This document shows, piece after piece, positions 48,392 through 57,965 of a stretch of DNA of 64,000 nucleotides (position 1 is the first letter of the stretch; each line of letters starts with the position of its first letter). Source of the stretch: an uncultured Atribacterota bacterium (GTDB lineage Bacteria; Atribacterota; Phoenicimicrobiia; Phoenicimicrobiales; Stramentimicrobiaceae); NCBI GenBank assembly GCA_964433555.1, contig CAYSRG010000006.1:11520-75519 (forward strand), in the 5' to 3' direction. Under the pieces are notes generated by a model. The model made no database searches, had not been told where the DNA came from, and worked only from the letters and a program-made list of their open reading frames with translations. Both the position numbers and the translations under genes were made by a program.

Positions 48392-48657
48392 AATCCTGCT
48401 CCTTTCTTGACAACATTTTTACAAAAACTAAAATTTTTTTAGATTTATAATAATTATAACACAACTACCTCTACAATCCTATTTTTGATAGTTGTGAAAA
48501 AATTGGTTCCTTTTCCCAAGAAATAAAAAATCTTATAGAATTTATATTTGTATTTAGCCTATCTTTTACCTCTATCTCTAAATCGGTAGGATATGAACTA
48601 AACATTAATTAATTTTTTCCTGAAAATTCTTATTTTTAGATTAATATACAAAAATAA

Positions 48658-48686
48658 TTGACAAAAGCCTTTATTTCTAATATTCT
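48658..48686 (+). promoter_or_regulatory. Promoter candidate TTGACA-17-TATTCT for the HU gene
   Basis: TTGACA aaagcctttatttctaa TATTCT, about 95 nt upstream of the start codon. Confidence 0.5.
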
Positions 48687-48781
48687 GAATGTAATATCAC
48701 TAAATATTGCTTAAAATTAACATTACCAATAAATTATGAAGTAATTTTTTCTATTGCATACCAGAAAGGAGGTGTAATACT

Positions 48782-49057
48782 TTGAACAAAAGCGAATTAA
48801 TTGACAAGGTATCATATGATAGAGGGGTAACAAAAGCTCATGCCAAAGCAGCTGTGGAATGTATCTTTGATAACATTTCTGAAGCCTTAGCTAAAAAAGA
48901 ATCTGTACGGTTAGTTGGTTTTGGAACTTTCGGTGTCAGAGTAAGAGCTGCAAGAACTGCTCGCAATCCCAGAACAGGCAAAAAAATATCTCTTCCCAAA
49001 ACAAATGTACCATTCTTCAAACCTGGAAAGGAATTAAAAGAGAAGGTTAATAAATAA
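48782..49057 (+). CDS. hup: HU-family nucleoid-associated DNA-binding protein
   Basis: MNKSELIDKV.. and ..GFGTFGVRVRAARTARNPRTG.. HU arm. TTG start 7 nt after AGGAGGTG. Confidence 0.9.
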   Translation: MNKSELIDKVSYDRGVTKAHAKAAVECIFDNISEALAKKESVRLVGFGTFGVRVRAARTARNPRTGKKISLPKTNVPFFKPGKELKEKVNK

Positions 49058-49075
49058 AGCAAGGAATATTAATTG

Positions 49076-49119
49076 AAAAACAGGTCTGCTATTATTTTAA
49101 TAAACAGACCTGTTTTTTT
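49076..49119. terminator. Bidirectional terminator between the convergent HU and Asp23 genes
   Basis: AAAAACAGGTCTG ... CAGACCTGTTTTTTT, an A-run and a T-run flanking an 8-bp GC-containing stem. Confidence 0.75.
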
Positions 49120-49137
49120 ATTCTTTTCTTGATTCTC

Positions 49138-49638
49138 TTACTTCGTCTTACTCTGCTTTCCAGACATCTGTACACCCATGACATTTACATCCACTGCCTT
49201 TACAAAAAGCCCCGTTTTATCTTCTACCTCACTTTTTACTACCGATTGGATCTTTTTAGCCAGATCAATTATAGTGGAACCATATTCAACAATCACAGAG
49301 ATACAAGTTGACATAGATTTCCCTTCCATTAAATCAACTTTAATCCCCTCTTCTATCTCTTTTACACCTAGCAGTGTCCCAAATCCACTTTTAGAATGGG
49401 TAACCAAACCGGCGACACCAGAAATATTGCTAACTACTCTACTTACGATAGTTGCTAAAACTTCAGGAAGAATGTTAATTTCCCCTAAATTATCTTTGAT
49501 AATTTTTTCTTTTTTTCCCAAGTTTTCTTGTGGAGATAAATCTGCCTTTTTTTCAACTTTTTCTACCGGTGGTTGAACTCTTTCTTTTTTTATTTTCTCT
49601 TTATCCACTTTCTTAGCATCTACTTCATGTTCTTGCAT
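49138..49638 (-). CDS. Asp23/Gls24-family (alkaline shock) protein with a Lys/Glu-rich N-terminal extension
   Basis: C-terminal ~110 aa (..VLATIVSRVVSNISGVAGL...VDVNVMGV..) are Asp23-like. The first ~50 aa are a K/E-rich low-complexity region. Confidence 0.75.
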   Translation of the reverse strand: MQEHEVDAKKVDKEKIKKERVQPPVEKVEKKADLSPQENLGKKEKIIKDNLGEINILPEVLATIVSRVVSNISGVAGLVTHSKSGFGTLLGVKEIEEGIKVDLMEGKSMSTCISVIVEYGSTIIDLAKKIQSVVKSEVEDKTGLFVKAVDVNVMGVQMSGKQSKTK

Positions 49639-49700
49639 AATAATTACTCCTTAAATATTTATGTAAAATAACTCCCTATATACTATGTTTCAAGAATATC

Positions 49701-49964
49701 TTATGAACTGGGAGTAACTAAAAATTTAATTGCAGTTCTCTCGTCACCATTAATTTCAACATCGACAAAAGCCGGGATACAAACTAAATCAACTCCACTT
49801 GTTGCTGTATATCCCCTAGCAATGGCGATAGCTTTAATCGCTTGGTTAACGGCACCTGCACCTATCGCTTGTAATTCGACCTTACCTTTTTCTCTTATTA
49901 CTCCTGCTAATGCACCGGCAACTGCTTTTGGACTTGATTTTGAAGAAACCTTTAACAATTCCAT
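49701..49964 (-). CDS. spoVS: Stage V sporulation protein S-family protein
   Basis: MELLKVSSKSSPKAVAGALAGVIREKGKVELQAIGAGAVNQAIKAIAIARGY.. is a near-textbook SpoVS sequence. 87 aa. Confidence 0.9.
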   Translation of the reverse strand: MELLKVSSKSSPKAVAGALAGVIREKGKVELQAIGAGAVNQAIKAIAIARGYTATSGVDLVCIPAFVDVEINGDERTAIKFLVTPSS

Positions 49965-50027
49965 TTAGAACCTCCTATACCTACATCTATATGCTAGCAA
50001 CTATTCTCCAAATGTTGTAATTATCAC

Positions 50028-50061
50028 TACTTTTTATTTTGTATAACTTTTTATTTTGTAT
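50028..50061. repeat. Perfect 17-bp tandem duplication upstream of spoVS
   Basis: ACTTTTTATTTTGTATA occurs twice on the plus strand, 64-97 nt upstream of the spoVS ATG. Confidence 0.9.
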
Positions 50062-50221
50062 AGATATCTCTTAGAGCAATGAATTTTAAACTCTCATACA
50101 CCTCCTTCAAAATTACCAACAAACAACAAATCATTTAATCCTAATAGCTACTTTTTCTATTAATTATTATAACAAATTTGTCTCATAAATGAAATTAGAT
50201 CGTATTCCTTGTAATTACCAG

Positions 50222-51604
50222 TTATAATTTAAAATTTTTTATTAACATCTTTATCTGTTGATATTGTCGGTCGTTTATATAAGGAGAGCAGTAAGGCATT
50301 AAAGCATCGTTATGCCATAGAGGATCAACCGGTTCTTGCCAGCCATACTCTCTAATAATAGTTTTCCACATTTTTGTTCCAGGAAGAGGTGAATATTTTG
50401 CCAGATATGGTTTAATGCCATTATCTAACACTAAGCGAATTGAATCAATAATACTTTGTACGTTCTGCTCTGGTAGGCCAATTAACAAATAAGCTCGAAT
50501 CTGTTCTGGAGAAAATCCTTCTTGTAATAAAATCTTCACCGCCTTTATAAAAGAAGCATTATCCACTTTATTACCTGTCTTCTTCTGTAATTTTGGATCA
50601 GTTGTTTCTAACCCCAGCCATATCTTTTTAAATCCACATTCCAGCATTAATTGGGCGATTGGCTGGGTAATTAATCCAGCGTGTAAGGCATTAGGGGTAT
50701 AAAAATTAATGTTTAAATCTCTCTTTTTTATTTCTTTCAATAGAGATATAAAGTATGTTTCTGCCTTTACCAATAAAGCATCATCATAAAAAACAAAATT
50801 ATTAATTCTTTTTAATTTTTTCCAGTAGATTATTTCATTTACAACCTGATCTACATTTCGGAATTCAAGCTTGGAATTAATTAAATAAGAGGCGCAATAA
50901 CTACATCTAAATGGACAACCTCTTGAAATTATCAAGCAAATATAATCCAATACAGGATATAATTCCCATGCCGGATAAGGATAACAATTTAGATTTTGAT
51001 AGTCATTATTCTTTGAATCATTCTGGCTGATGTAATGACCTGTTATATTCTGTAATAATTGTAATAATGTATCAAATTGAACATTTTTAAGAATATAATC
51101 AGCCTTGGAAAAATTTACTGCATGTGGATAACATAGCGTAGTATAGATACCTCCCAAGATGACAGGACAATTGGGATAATATTTTTTTACCAGTTCAATG
51201 GCCCTGAAAACACCAGGATACCAGTAAGTCATTATGGATGTTATTAAAACAGCATCTGGTTTAGAATAATATTGTAGCTTTTCCTGAAAAATTGATTCAG
51301 TAATACCATAGCGACAATAATTTCTGGGAATGTGTTTCAAGGATTCTGGTTTTGTTATTTTTTCTTTATAAAATGGTCCTCTTCCATCAAGATTATTTTT
51401 TGCTAAAACATAATTCGATTTCTTTAGTAAACCTGGTTCAAAACGATCCATGCAATCAATATAATCTATATGATAGCCCTTTTCCCTTAATATAGCTGCA
51501 ACATAAAGCAATCCTAATGGTTTAGACCAGAAATCATAAGCAGTAAAATCGTATATCCATGGATTTATTAAAAGCAATTTAATTTTTTTTCTAACTCTAC
51601 TCAC
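50222..51604 (-). CDS. B12-binding-domain radical SAM protein
   Basis: CxxxCxxC cluster motif (RGCPFRCSYC). The N-terminal Rossmann-like region (KIKLLLINPW..) is typical of class B rSAM. GTG start. Confidence 0.75.
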   Translation of the reverse strand: MSRVRKKIKLLLINPWIYDFTAYDFWSKPLGLLYVAAILREKGYHIDYIDCMDRFEPGLLKKSNYVLAKNNLDGRGPFYKEKITKPESLKHIPRNYCRYGITESIFQEKLQYYSKPDAVLITSIMTYWYPGVFRAIELVKKYYPNCPVILGGIYTTLCYPHAVNFSKADYILKNVQFDTLLQLLQNITGHYISQNDSKNNDYQNLNCYPYPAWELYPVLDYICLIISRGCPFRCSYCASYLINSKLEFRNVDQVVNEIIYWKKLKRINNFVFYDDALLVKAETYFISLLKEIKKRDLNINFYTPNALHAGLITQPIAQLMLECGFKKIWLGLETTDPKLQKKTGNKVDNASFIKAVKILLQEGFSPEQIRAYLLIGLPEQNVQSIIDSIRLVLDNGIKPYLAKYSPLPGTKMWKTIIREYGWQEPVDPLWHNDALMPYCSPYINDRQYQQIKMLIKNFKL

Positions 51605-51748
51605 TTCTGAACTTCTTTATTTTCATAATACTCTATTTATATCTAATATTCATCTTGAGATACCCAATATTTCAGACTTCTTAGAATGAAACCAACCTTG
51701 TTGTCCGATTATCCAGGAGGAACCTCTTTTAAGATTTATTTATACTGC

Positions 51749-51777
51749 ACAGCTCAGGTTGACAAAAATAGGAAAAG
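51749..51777 (+). promoter_or_regulatory. Near-consensus promoter TTGACA-17-TACAAT facing trkA, about 520 nt upstream of it
   Basis: TTGACA aaaataggaaaagggta TACAAT on the plus strand in an ORF-free spacer. Confidence 0.45.
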
Positions 51778-52101
51778 GGTATACAATTCCCAAGACAGCA
51801 AATATCTTCATAAATTAATAATATATATAATAAATAACATATAATTTTGTCAGAAAGATTAGACTATACTAATAAAATTGGAAAAATGTATGATTATATT
51901 TCTACATTGTATTTTGGAAAATTTGAATTTTTGTTACAATATAATATATAGTTGATAGTATCAGAATTTTAAACAAATTGCGATACTATTGACTTTTCTT
52001 TTTTTAGAAACAATATTGCTAACAAGATTGTTAGCTAAATTTTATAGAAAATCCAAATTGATTAAAAATATAGATATAAGAGAATACTAAATATTAAACT
52101 T

Positions 52102-52147
52102 GATATTAATTTAAGGGGTTCTCATGGGGGTCCCCTTGAATATCCTG
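52102..52147 (+). repeat. Degenerate copy C of the palindromic element, about 145 nt upstream of trkA
   Basis: GATATTaattTAAGGGG ttctcatgggggt CCCCTTGAATATCCTG. The stem contains a U:G pair on the plus strand, which is A:C on the minus strand. Confidence 0.7.
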
Positions 52148-52293
52148 AATCTTTAACAATTAATGTAAAAAGATATCAGAGTATTATAGTTAAACTCTGA
52201 TGTTAATAAATTGAGATACTAATCAAAAGATGGTTTCTCTTTTTAACGTTAAAAAATAATTTTTAAGCAAAAGTTTTTTTTGCTCAGGAGGAA

Positions 52294-53634
52294 ATGCTTT
52301 TGAAAGTTATAATCATTGGGGCAGGAAAAGTAGGTATCCAAATCGCCCAGACTCTTTCAACAGAAAATCATGATGTAACTATTATAGACAAACGTGAAGA
52401 TATCAGACAGGATCTGGATAGTAATCTGGATATCATGACCATTATTGGAAACGGAGCTAATGTAAGAATTCTGGAACAAGCAGGAATAAAAGAAGCAGAT
52501 ATGCTTATTGCAGTAACCAGGATAGATGAGGTCAATATGGTTGCTTGTATGACAGCAAAACAATTTAATGTTGCTAAAACTATTGCCCGCATCAGAAATA
52601 CTGAATATATGTATAGCAACTCACTTTCCAAGGAAAAATTAGGTATTGATTATGTTATTAATCCTGAAAGAGCAACAGCTAAAGAAATAGTAAGATTATT
52701 AAAAACTCCTTCCAATGTCTGTGAAGCTCAGGATTTTGCTAGTGGAAAAATTTCTTTATTTGGCTTAAAAATTGAAGAGGATTGCCATTTTGCCAATAAA
52801 AAAATAAGAGATATTAGTTTTGGGCGTCATACCCTGATGGCAGCTATATTTAGAGAAGATAACCTGATAATTCCTACGGGTAATGATGAAATTTTTATAG
52901 GAGATACTGTATATTTATTAATCAGGAAAGAAAATTACTCTGACTTGGAACTATTGTGTAATAAAAAATCCGGCGTTTTACAAAATGTTCTTATCTTTGG
53001 TGGAAGTAACATTGGTATTCAGGTTGCTTCTCTATTAAATAAAATTGGCATCAAAACAAAATTAATCGAAATGAATAAGCAAAAAAGCGAAACAATATCA
53101 GAATTATTACCTCAAACATTGGTTATTAATGGAGACGGTACCAATATAGAACTTCTAAAGGAAGAAGGAATTGAAAAAACTGATGGATTTGTTGCTGTTA
53201 CCGGTTATGATGAAGAGAATTTACTGGTATCACTACTGGCAAAACATCTTGGGACAAAAAAGGTTATAGCCAAAATTAGCAGAACTAATTACATTCCTAT
53301 TTTAGAAAAAATAGGTATAGATGCAGTTGTCAACCCTCGTCTAACAACTGCTTCCGCCATTTTACGTTTCCTGAAACGTGGCGAACTTATCACCCTCACC
53401 TTACTCAAAGAAGGAGAAATTGAGGTAGCAGAATTAATTGCCCAACCAGATAGTAAAATCAATGATAAGCCTTTAAAATCAATTGATTTTCCAAAAAATT
53501 CCATTATTGGGGCAATTATTAGAAACGAAGAGGTAATTATTCCTCATGGAGATGATTTTATCAAGTCAGGGGATAAGGTCATTGTATTTACTAAAACAAC
53601 AGAAATTAAAAAGATAGAACAGCTTTTTTTATGA
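52294..53634 (+). CDS. trkA: Trk potassium uptake system NAD-binding component (two RCK units)
   Basis: IIGAGKVG and IFGGSNIG Rossmann motifs. AGGAGG is only 2 nt from ATG 52294, so the in-frame TTG at 52300 (MKVIIIGAG..) may be the real start. Confidence 0.85.
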   Translation: MLLKVIIIGAGKVGIQIAQTLSTENHDVTIIDKREDIRQDLDSNLDIMTIIGNGANVRILEQAGIKEADMLIAVTRIDEVNMVACMTAKQFNVAKTIARIRNTEYMYSNSLSKEKLGIDYVINPERATAKEIVRLLKTPSNVCEAQDFASGKISLFGLKIEEDCHFANKKIRDISFGRHTLMAAIFREDNLIIPTGNDEIFIGDTVYLLIRKENYSDLELLCNKKSGVLQNVLIFGGSNIGIQVASLLNKIGIKTKLIEMNKQKSETISELLPQTLVINGDGTNIELLKEEGIEKTDGFVAVTGYDEENLLVSLLAKHLGTKKVIAKISRTNYIPILEKIGIDAVVNPRLTTASAILRFLKRGELITLTLLKEGEIEVAELIAQPDSKINDKPLKSIDFPKNSIIGAIIRNEEVIIPHGDDFIKSGDKVIVFTKTTEIKKIEQLFL

Positions 53635-53635
53635 A

Positions 53636-55099
53636 GTGGGGAAATTTAATTCATTGAAATATAGCATTGTTTTCAATACTCTCGGTATATTAATATTTTT
53701 CCTGGGTTTAAGCATGATCTTCCCTCTGTTCTATGCCCTTTACTACCAAGAAGAGGTAGCTATATATGCCTTCTTGTCCTCAATAATAATAACTTCCCTC
53801 TCCGGACTATTCTTACACTTTAATTTCAAAACTGAAGATGGAATAGGAAGAAAAGAAGGCTTTGCTATTGCTACACTGGGATGGATAATTGCAGCTGCAT
53901 TTGGATCATTCCCCTTTCTTTTTAGCGGGACATTAACTAATTTTATTGATGCCTATTTTGAATCAATGTCAGGCTTCACTACCACCGGGGCAACGGTTCT
54001 TCAATATATCGAAGGAAATCCACTTTCCGTTCTATTTTGGAGAAATCAAATACAATGGATTGGAGGAATGGGAATTATTGTATTGGTCGTGGCAATCTTA
54101 CCTGCATTAGGTGTGGGAGGTATGCAATTATTCAAATTAGAGGTCCCCGGACCAGAACCAGATAAATTGAAACCACGTATCAAAGAAACAGCAAAGTTAT
54201 TATATCTGGTTTATATCATTATCTCTGCTCTCCAGGTTGTTTGTCTTTACCTAACCGGAATGTCTTTATTTGATGCAATTACGCATATGTTTGGCACCAT
54301 GGCTACAGGAGGCTTTACACCTAAAAATCTAAGTGTTGGTCACTATAACAGTCCTACCTACGACATGATAATGATTTTTTTTATGCTCATAGCAGGCGCA
54401 AACTTTACCCTGCACTACAAAGTATTACATGGTGATTTGAAAAGTTTATTTAAAGATAGAGAATTCCTTTTTTATTTAGGAGTAATTGTTATATCCATTT
54501 TCATCATTACCACCCAATTACATCTTTATATTTATAAATCAATATTAACTGCCCTCCGTTATGCTTCTTTTCAAGTTGTTTCTGTAATCACTACAACTGG
54601 TTTTGCCACAACTAATTTCGATCAATGGCCAACTCTCTCAAAGAGTATTTTAATTATTTTAATGTTTATCGGAGGTTGTGCTGGTTCCACCGGTGGTGCT
54701 ATTAAAAATATTCGGATTCTCATTTTGTTAAAAAAGGTTGGTCGAGAATTTCAAAGAATACTTCATCCACATGCCATCACCCCTATTTATGTTGGTGATA
54801 AAAAAATTTCAGATGAGGTAGCGAGCAATGTTACTTCTTTTTTTCTGTTATATATTATGATATTTGTATTCAGCTCCTTGGTTATGGCAGCTTTGGGCTT
54901 GGACTTGGTTAGTGCTATGACTTCAGTTGCAGCTACTCTTGGTAATGTCGGACCAGGATTAGGATTAGTCGGGCCTACCCAAAACTATGCCTTTATACCA
55001 CCTTTAGGTAAAATTCTGTTAAGTTTATGCATGCTATTAGGGCGATTAGAAATCTATACCGTCTTTATCCTACTTATACCTGAATTCTGGAAGAACTAA
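53636..55099 (+). CDS. trkH: Trk/Ktr-type potassium transporter membrane subunit
   Basis: 487 aa polytopic protein with repeated pore-loop Gly motifs (..GFTTTGATV.., ..TGGFTP.., ..TTTGFAT.., ..GNVGPGLG..). GTG start 1 nt after the trkA stop. Confidence 0.85.
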   Translation: MGKFNSLKYSIVFNTLGILIFFLGLSMIFPLFYALYYQEEVAIYAFLSSIIITSLSGLFLHFNFKTEDGIGRKEGFAIATLGWIIAAAFGSFPFLFSGTLTNFIDAYFESMSGFTTTGATVLQYIEGNPLSVLFWRNQIQWIGGMGIIVLVVAILPALGVGGMQLFKLEVPGPEPDKLKPRIKETAKLLYLVYIIISALQVVCLYLTGMSLFDAITHMFGTMATGGFTPKNLSVGHYNSPTYDMIMIFFMLIAGANFTLHYKVLHGDLKSLFKDREFLFYLGVIVISIFIITTQLHLYIYKSILTALRYASFQVVSVITTTGFATTNFDQWPTLSKSILIILMFIGGCAGSTGGAIKNIRILILLKKVGREFQRILHPHAITPIYVGDKKISDEVASNVTSFFLLYIMIFVFSSLVMAALGLDLVSAMTSVAATLGNVGPGLGLVGPTQNYAFIPPLGKILLSLCMLLGRLEIYTVFILLIPEFWKN

Positions 55100-55434
55100 C
55101 TTGTTAGACTATTTTCAGCTGGTAAATACATTCTATTTTAATACTAAAATTTGTTGTGAATTTTATCAATTTTATAGTATAATGTTATTGCTTAATAATT
55201 ATACTAACTCAGATATCACAATTTTTAAGGATCTAATTTGAAGAAATTAATATTATGGGTATCTTATAAGAATAGTAATTTTTTAAAAAATAATTTTTCT
55301 TTTTCATATTTTACTAACCGATTATCCTCATATTGCTGGCAATACTACTTCTATTAATTTGCTTTATAATAGCTTTTCCTTTATTTCCCTAACAATTGTT
55401 CATTTGTTGTCCTATATTAATCTAAATAGGAGGA

Positions 55435-56565
55435 GTGATTCTATTGCTAAAAAAGATTTTGTTTGTCTATAATCAAGTAAGTAAAAAATACAAATATGGT
55501 TTGTTTCGAGAATGTACCCTGGATACTGATGTACAGGCTATTCGGGAAGCATTGATGAAAACAAAATGTAATATTTTATCACTAGATCTTTATAATCCGG
55601 AACAATTAGATAATTTTATTATGGATAACTATCCCATTGATTTTGCCTTTGTCCTGGCGGAAGGTTTTAAAGATTACCCCCATACTTTGTATAATGGCTA
55701 TGGTGCTGCTCAAGTTCGAGAACAATTAAAAAACCATAATATCCCCTCCAGCCATGCCAGTATTGAAAGTATGGAGATATGCCGAAATAAAGACTTTACC
55801 TATCAAAAATTACAGGGATATAGTATTCCAGTTCCTAAACATTTTGTGTTTGATCTTCATAACCGCTTTCGAAAAAAACAGCTATTAAGGGAGATTGAAC
55901 GCATAGGATACCCCTTAATGATTAAACCGGCAGGTGGAGGAGATAGTATAGGAATCACTCCAAAATCAGTTGTTCATAATCTGATTGAACTAAAGCATAA
56001 GATTGAATATTTAAAAAGGACATTGGGTCTAGAAAAAATTATTATTGAACAATATCTACCAGGACAGGAATTTACAGTTGGAGTATTGGGTGGTGAAACT
56101 AAATATGTCTTACCCATTATCGCTTTTCCAGAAAACTGGGGAATTCGTTATACCAGAACAAAGAACAAGGAGTATAGAATGCAAAACCAGTTTAGAATAA
56201 TTGGGCACAAACATATTTTGTTCTCCCCTCTAGTTGAAATCTCGGTAAAAAGTTTCCTGGCAGTCAAGGCTAATGATATTATTCGCCTGGACATTAAAAA
56301 AGACCAGGATGACAATCTTTATGTTATTGATATAAATGGTACTCCCTCTCTTTCGGTACATGGATCTGTAACTTTTATGGCTAGTAAAGTAGGATTATCC
56401 CATAGTCAGCTAATTAAGATTGTCTTTTATGAGAGTATGGTAAGAAATAATCTGGTTCCCAGCCAGTATCTAGAAGAATTAATTACTCCTCTTAAAGAAA
56501 GATTATATCCTTATGCGGGTGACCAATTAATTGAAGTATTTTCAGAAGATACAGGATATAGTTGA
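55435..56565 (+). CDS. ATP-grasp enzyme of the D-alanine--D-alanine ligase family (orphan)
   Basis: ..IGYPLMIKPAGGGDSIGI.. and ..IIEQYLPGQEFTVGVLGG.. ATP-grasp motifs. The in-frame TTG at 55444 has better SD spacing than GTG 55435. Confidence 0.65.
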   Translation: MILLLKKILFVYNQVSKKYKYGLFRECTLDTDVQAIREALMKTKCNILSLDLYNPEQLDNFIMDNYPIDFAFVLAEGFKDYPHTLYNGYGAAQVREQLKNHNIPSSHASIESMEICRNKDFTYQKLQGYSIPVPKHFVFDLHNRFRKKQLLREIERIGYPLMIKPAGGGDSIGITPKSVVHNLIELKHKIEYLKRTLGLEKIIIEQYLPGQEFTVGVLGGETKYVLPIIAFPENWGIRYTRTKNKEYRMQNQFRIIGHKHILFSPLVEISVKSFLAVKANDIIRLDIKKDQDDNLYVIDINGTPSLSVHGSVTFMASKVGLSHSQLIKIVFYESMVRNNLVPSQYLEELITPLKERLYPYAGDQLIEVFSEDTGYS

Positions 56566-56615
56566 TATTTAATACACAGATTAAAATATACTGCTTCAAG
56601 TATATTCAGATACCA

Positions 56616-57965
56616 TTAACCAATCATTTTTTCTGGTAACCAGGTAATAATCTGTGGAAATACAATACAAAGTATCAGACAAAATATTATCAAGATTATA
56701 AAAGGAACCACTCCTTTTATGATATCAGCCATAGTAACACCTAATTCTTTGGGAGCAGTTCCCCGACAGACAAAGATAGACATCGCCATAGGTGGTGTTT
56801 GAAATGCCATTTGCAAGTTAATACAAATCATCATCGCAGCCCACAAAGGATCAAATCCCAACTTTAGAAGTATGGGTGAGAAAACTGGAACAATAATAAA
56901 AACTATACCTATCCACTCGATAAACATCCCTAAAACAAACACAATCAACATAACCATGGCAAACGCCCCCCACCTTCCACCAGGTACAGCCATAATCAAA
57001 TTGGTAACCACTCCTCCACAGCCTGCACTCATAAATACCCCTACAAAAGCATAACTTAAGCCTGCAATTAGAAGAACAAATGCACTAACTCGCAGCACTT
57101 CCATGGCGCTATGCTTAATTAAGTTCCAGGTAAACTTTCGGTAAAGAATAGCTAAGATTACTACTGCTAAACTTCCCATCGCTGCAGCTTCAGTAGGAGG
57201 AGCAATGCCGGTATAAATAGTTCCTAATACTGCTATAATAATTAACAACGTAGGAGCAACAGCCTTTAACAATTTTAGTGTTTTTTCTCTATATGATATT
57301 TTATGTCTTTCTCCTTCAGGAATAGGTGGTCCTAATTTTGGATTTAATGCACAGCGAATAGCTATATATGTAATATATAAACCGGAAAGAATGAGGCCAG
57401 GGAAAATTGCTCCCATAAACATTTTGCCTACTGACACACCCGCTTGGGGACCATATACCACCAACATAATACTTGGAGGTATAAGTATACCCAGGGTACC
57501 AGCAGCAACAATTGAACCAGTAGCTATAGACTTATCATAACCTCTCTTAATCATTGGAGCCAGAGCAATAAGTGTTAATATAGTCACAGATGCTGTGATA
57601 GTACCTAAACAAGCTGCAAGAAGCGTGCCTACTATGATAGTAACTACGGCTAATCCACCTTTGAATCCACTTAACCATTCATATAATGCATTATATAAAT
57701 CCTCAGCTATTCCTGAATTCTCAAGTATCACTCCCATAAAAGTAAACAGGGGAACAGCTAAATAAGGATAATTCAAAGTTAATTCATAAAGTCTTGAATA
57801 AAGTATATTAAAGGTAATTTTAGGACCAAATATTATAGTGCCAACCAAAAAAGCCACACTACCTATTACCAGGCCAATAGGAAAACCAGTTAAGACTAGA
57901 GTTAAAACCCCTCCTAACATTAAGACAGTAATTATTTCTGGACTAAGTGCTATCAAGTGGCTCAC
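56616..57965 (-). CDS. dctM: TRAP transporter large permease (DctM family)
   Basis: 449 aa, about 12 or more TM, typical DctM pattern. Overlaps the dctQ end. Confidence 0.85.
   Translation of the reverse strand: MSHLIALSPEIITVLMLGGVLTLVLTGFPIGLVIGSVAFLVGTIIFGPKITFNILYSRLYELTLNYPYLAVPLFTFMGVILENSGIAEDLYNALYEWLSGFKGGLAVVTIIVGTLLAACLGTITASVTILTLIALAPMIKRGYDKSIATGSIVAAGTLGILIPPSIMLVVYGPQAGVSVGKMFMGAIFPGLILSGLYITYIAIRCALNPKLGPPIPEGERHKISYREKTLKLLKAVAPTLLIIIAVLGTIYTGIAPPTEAAAMGSLAVVILAILYRKFTWNLIKHSAMEVLRVSAFVLLIAGLSYAFVGVFMSAGCGGVVTNLIMAVPGGRWGAFAMVMLIVFVLGMFIEWIGIVFIIVPVFSPILLKLGFDPLWAAMMICINLQMAFQTPPMAMSIFVCRGTAPKELGVTMADIIKGVVPFIILIIFCLILCIVFPQIITWLPEKMIG

Noticed and set aside
48273-48464. 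Minus-strand ORF 48273-48464 overlapping the start of the PEGA-repeat gene
   Set aside because: It lies out of frame over the signal/anchor-encoding 5-prime end of a 504-aa gene, with no SD and a lysine/tyrosine-rich AT-driven composition.
52100-52293. c-di-AMP (ydaO/kimA-type) riboswitch upstream of trkA
   Set aside because: Potassium transporter leaders often carry it, and the GGGGG/CCCC runs looked suggestive. I could not find the conserved ACGGGGA...CCCA, GGGGUGAAUC or CCG.CAGCUAACCUCGUA-like blocks or the pseudo-two-fold architecture. In addition the same GC-core motif occurs upstream of msrA and fbaB.
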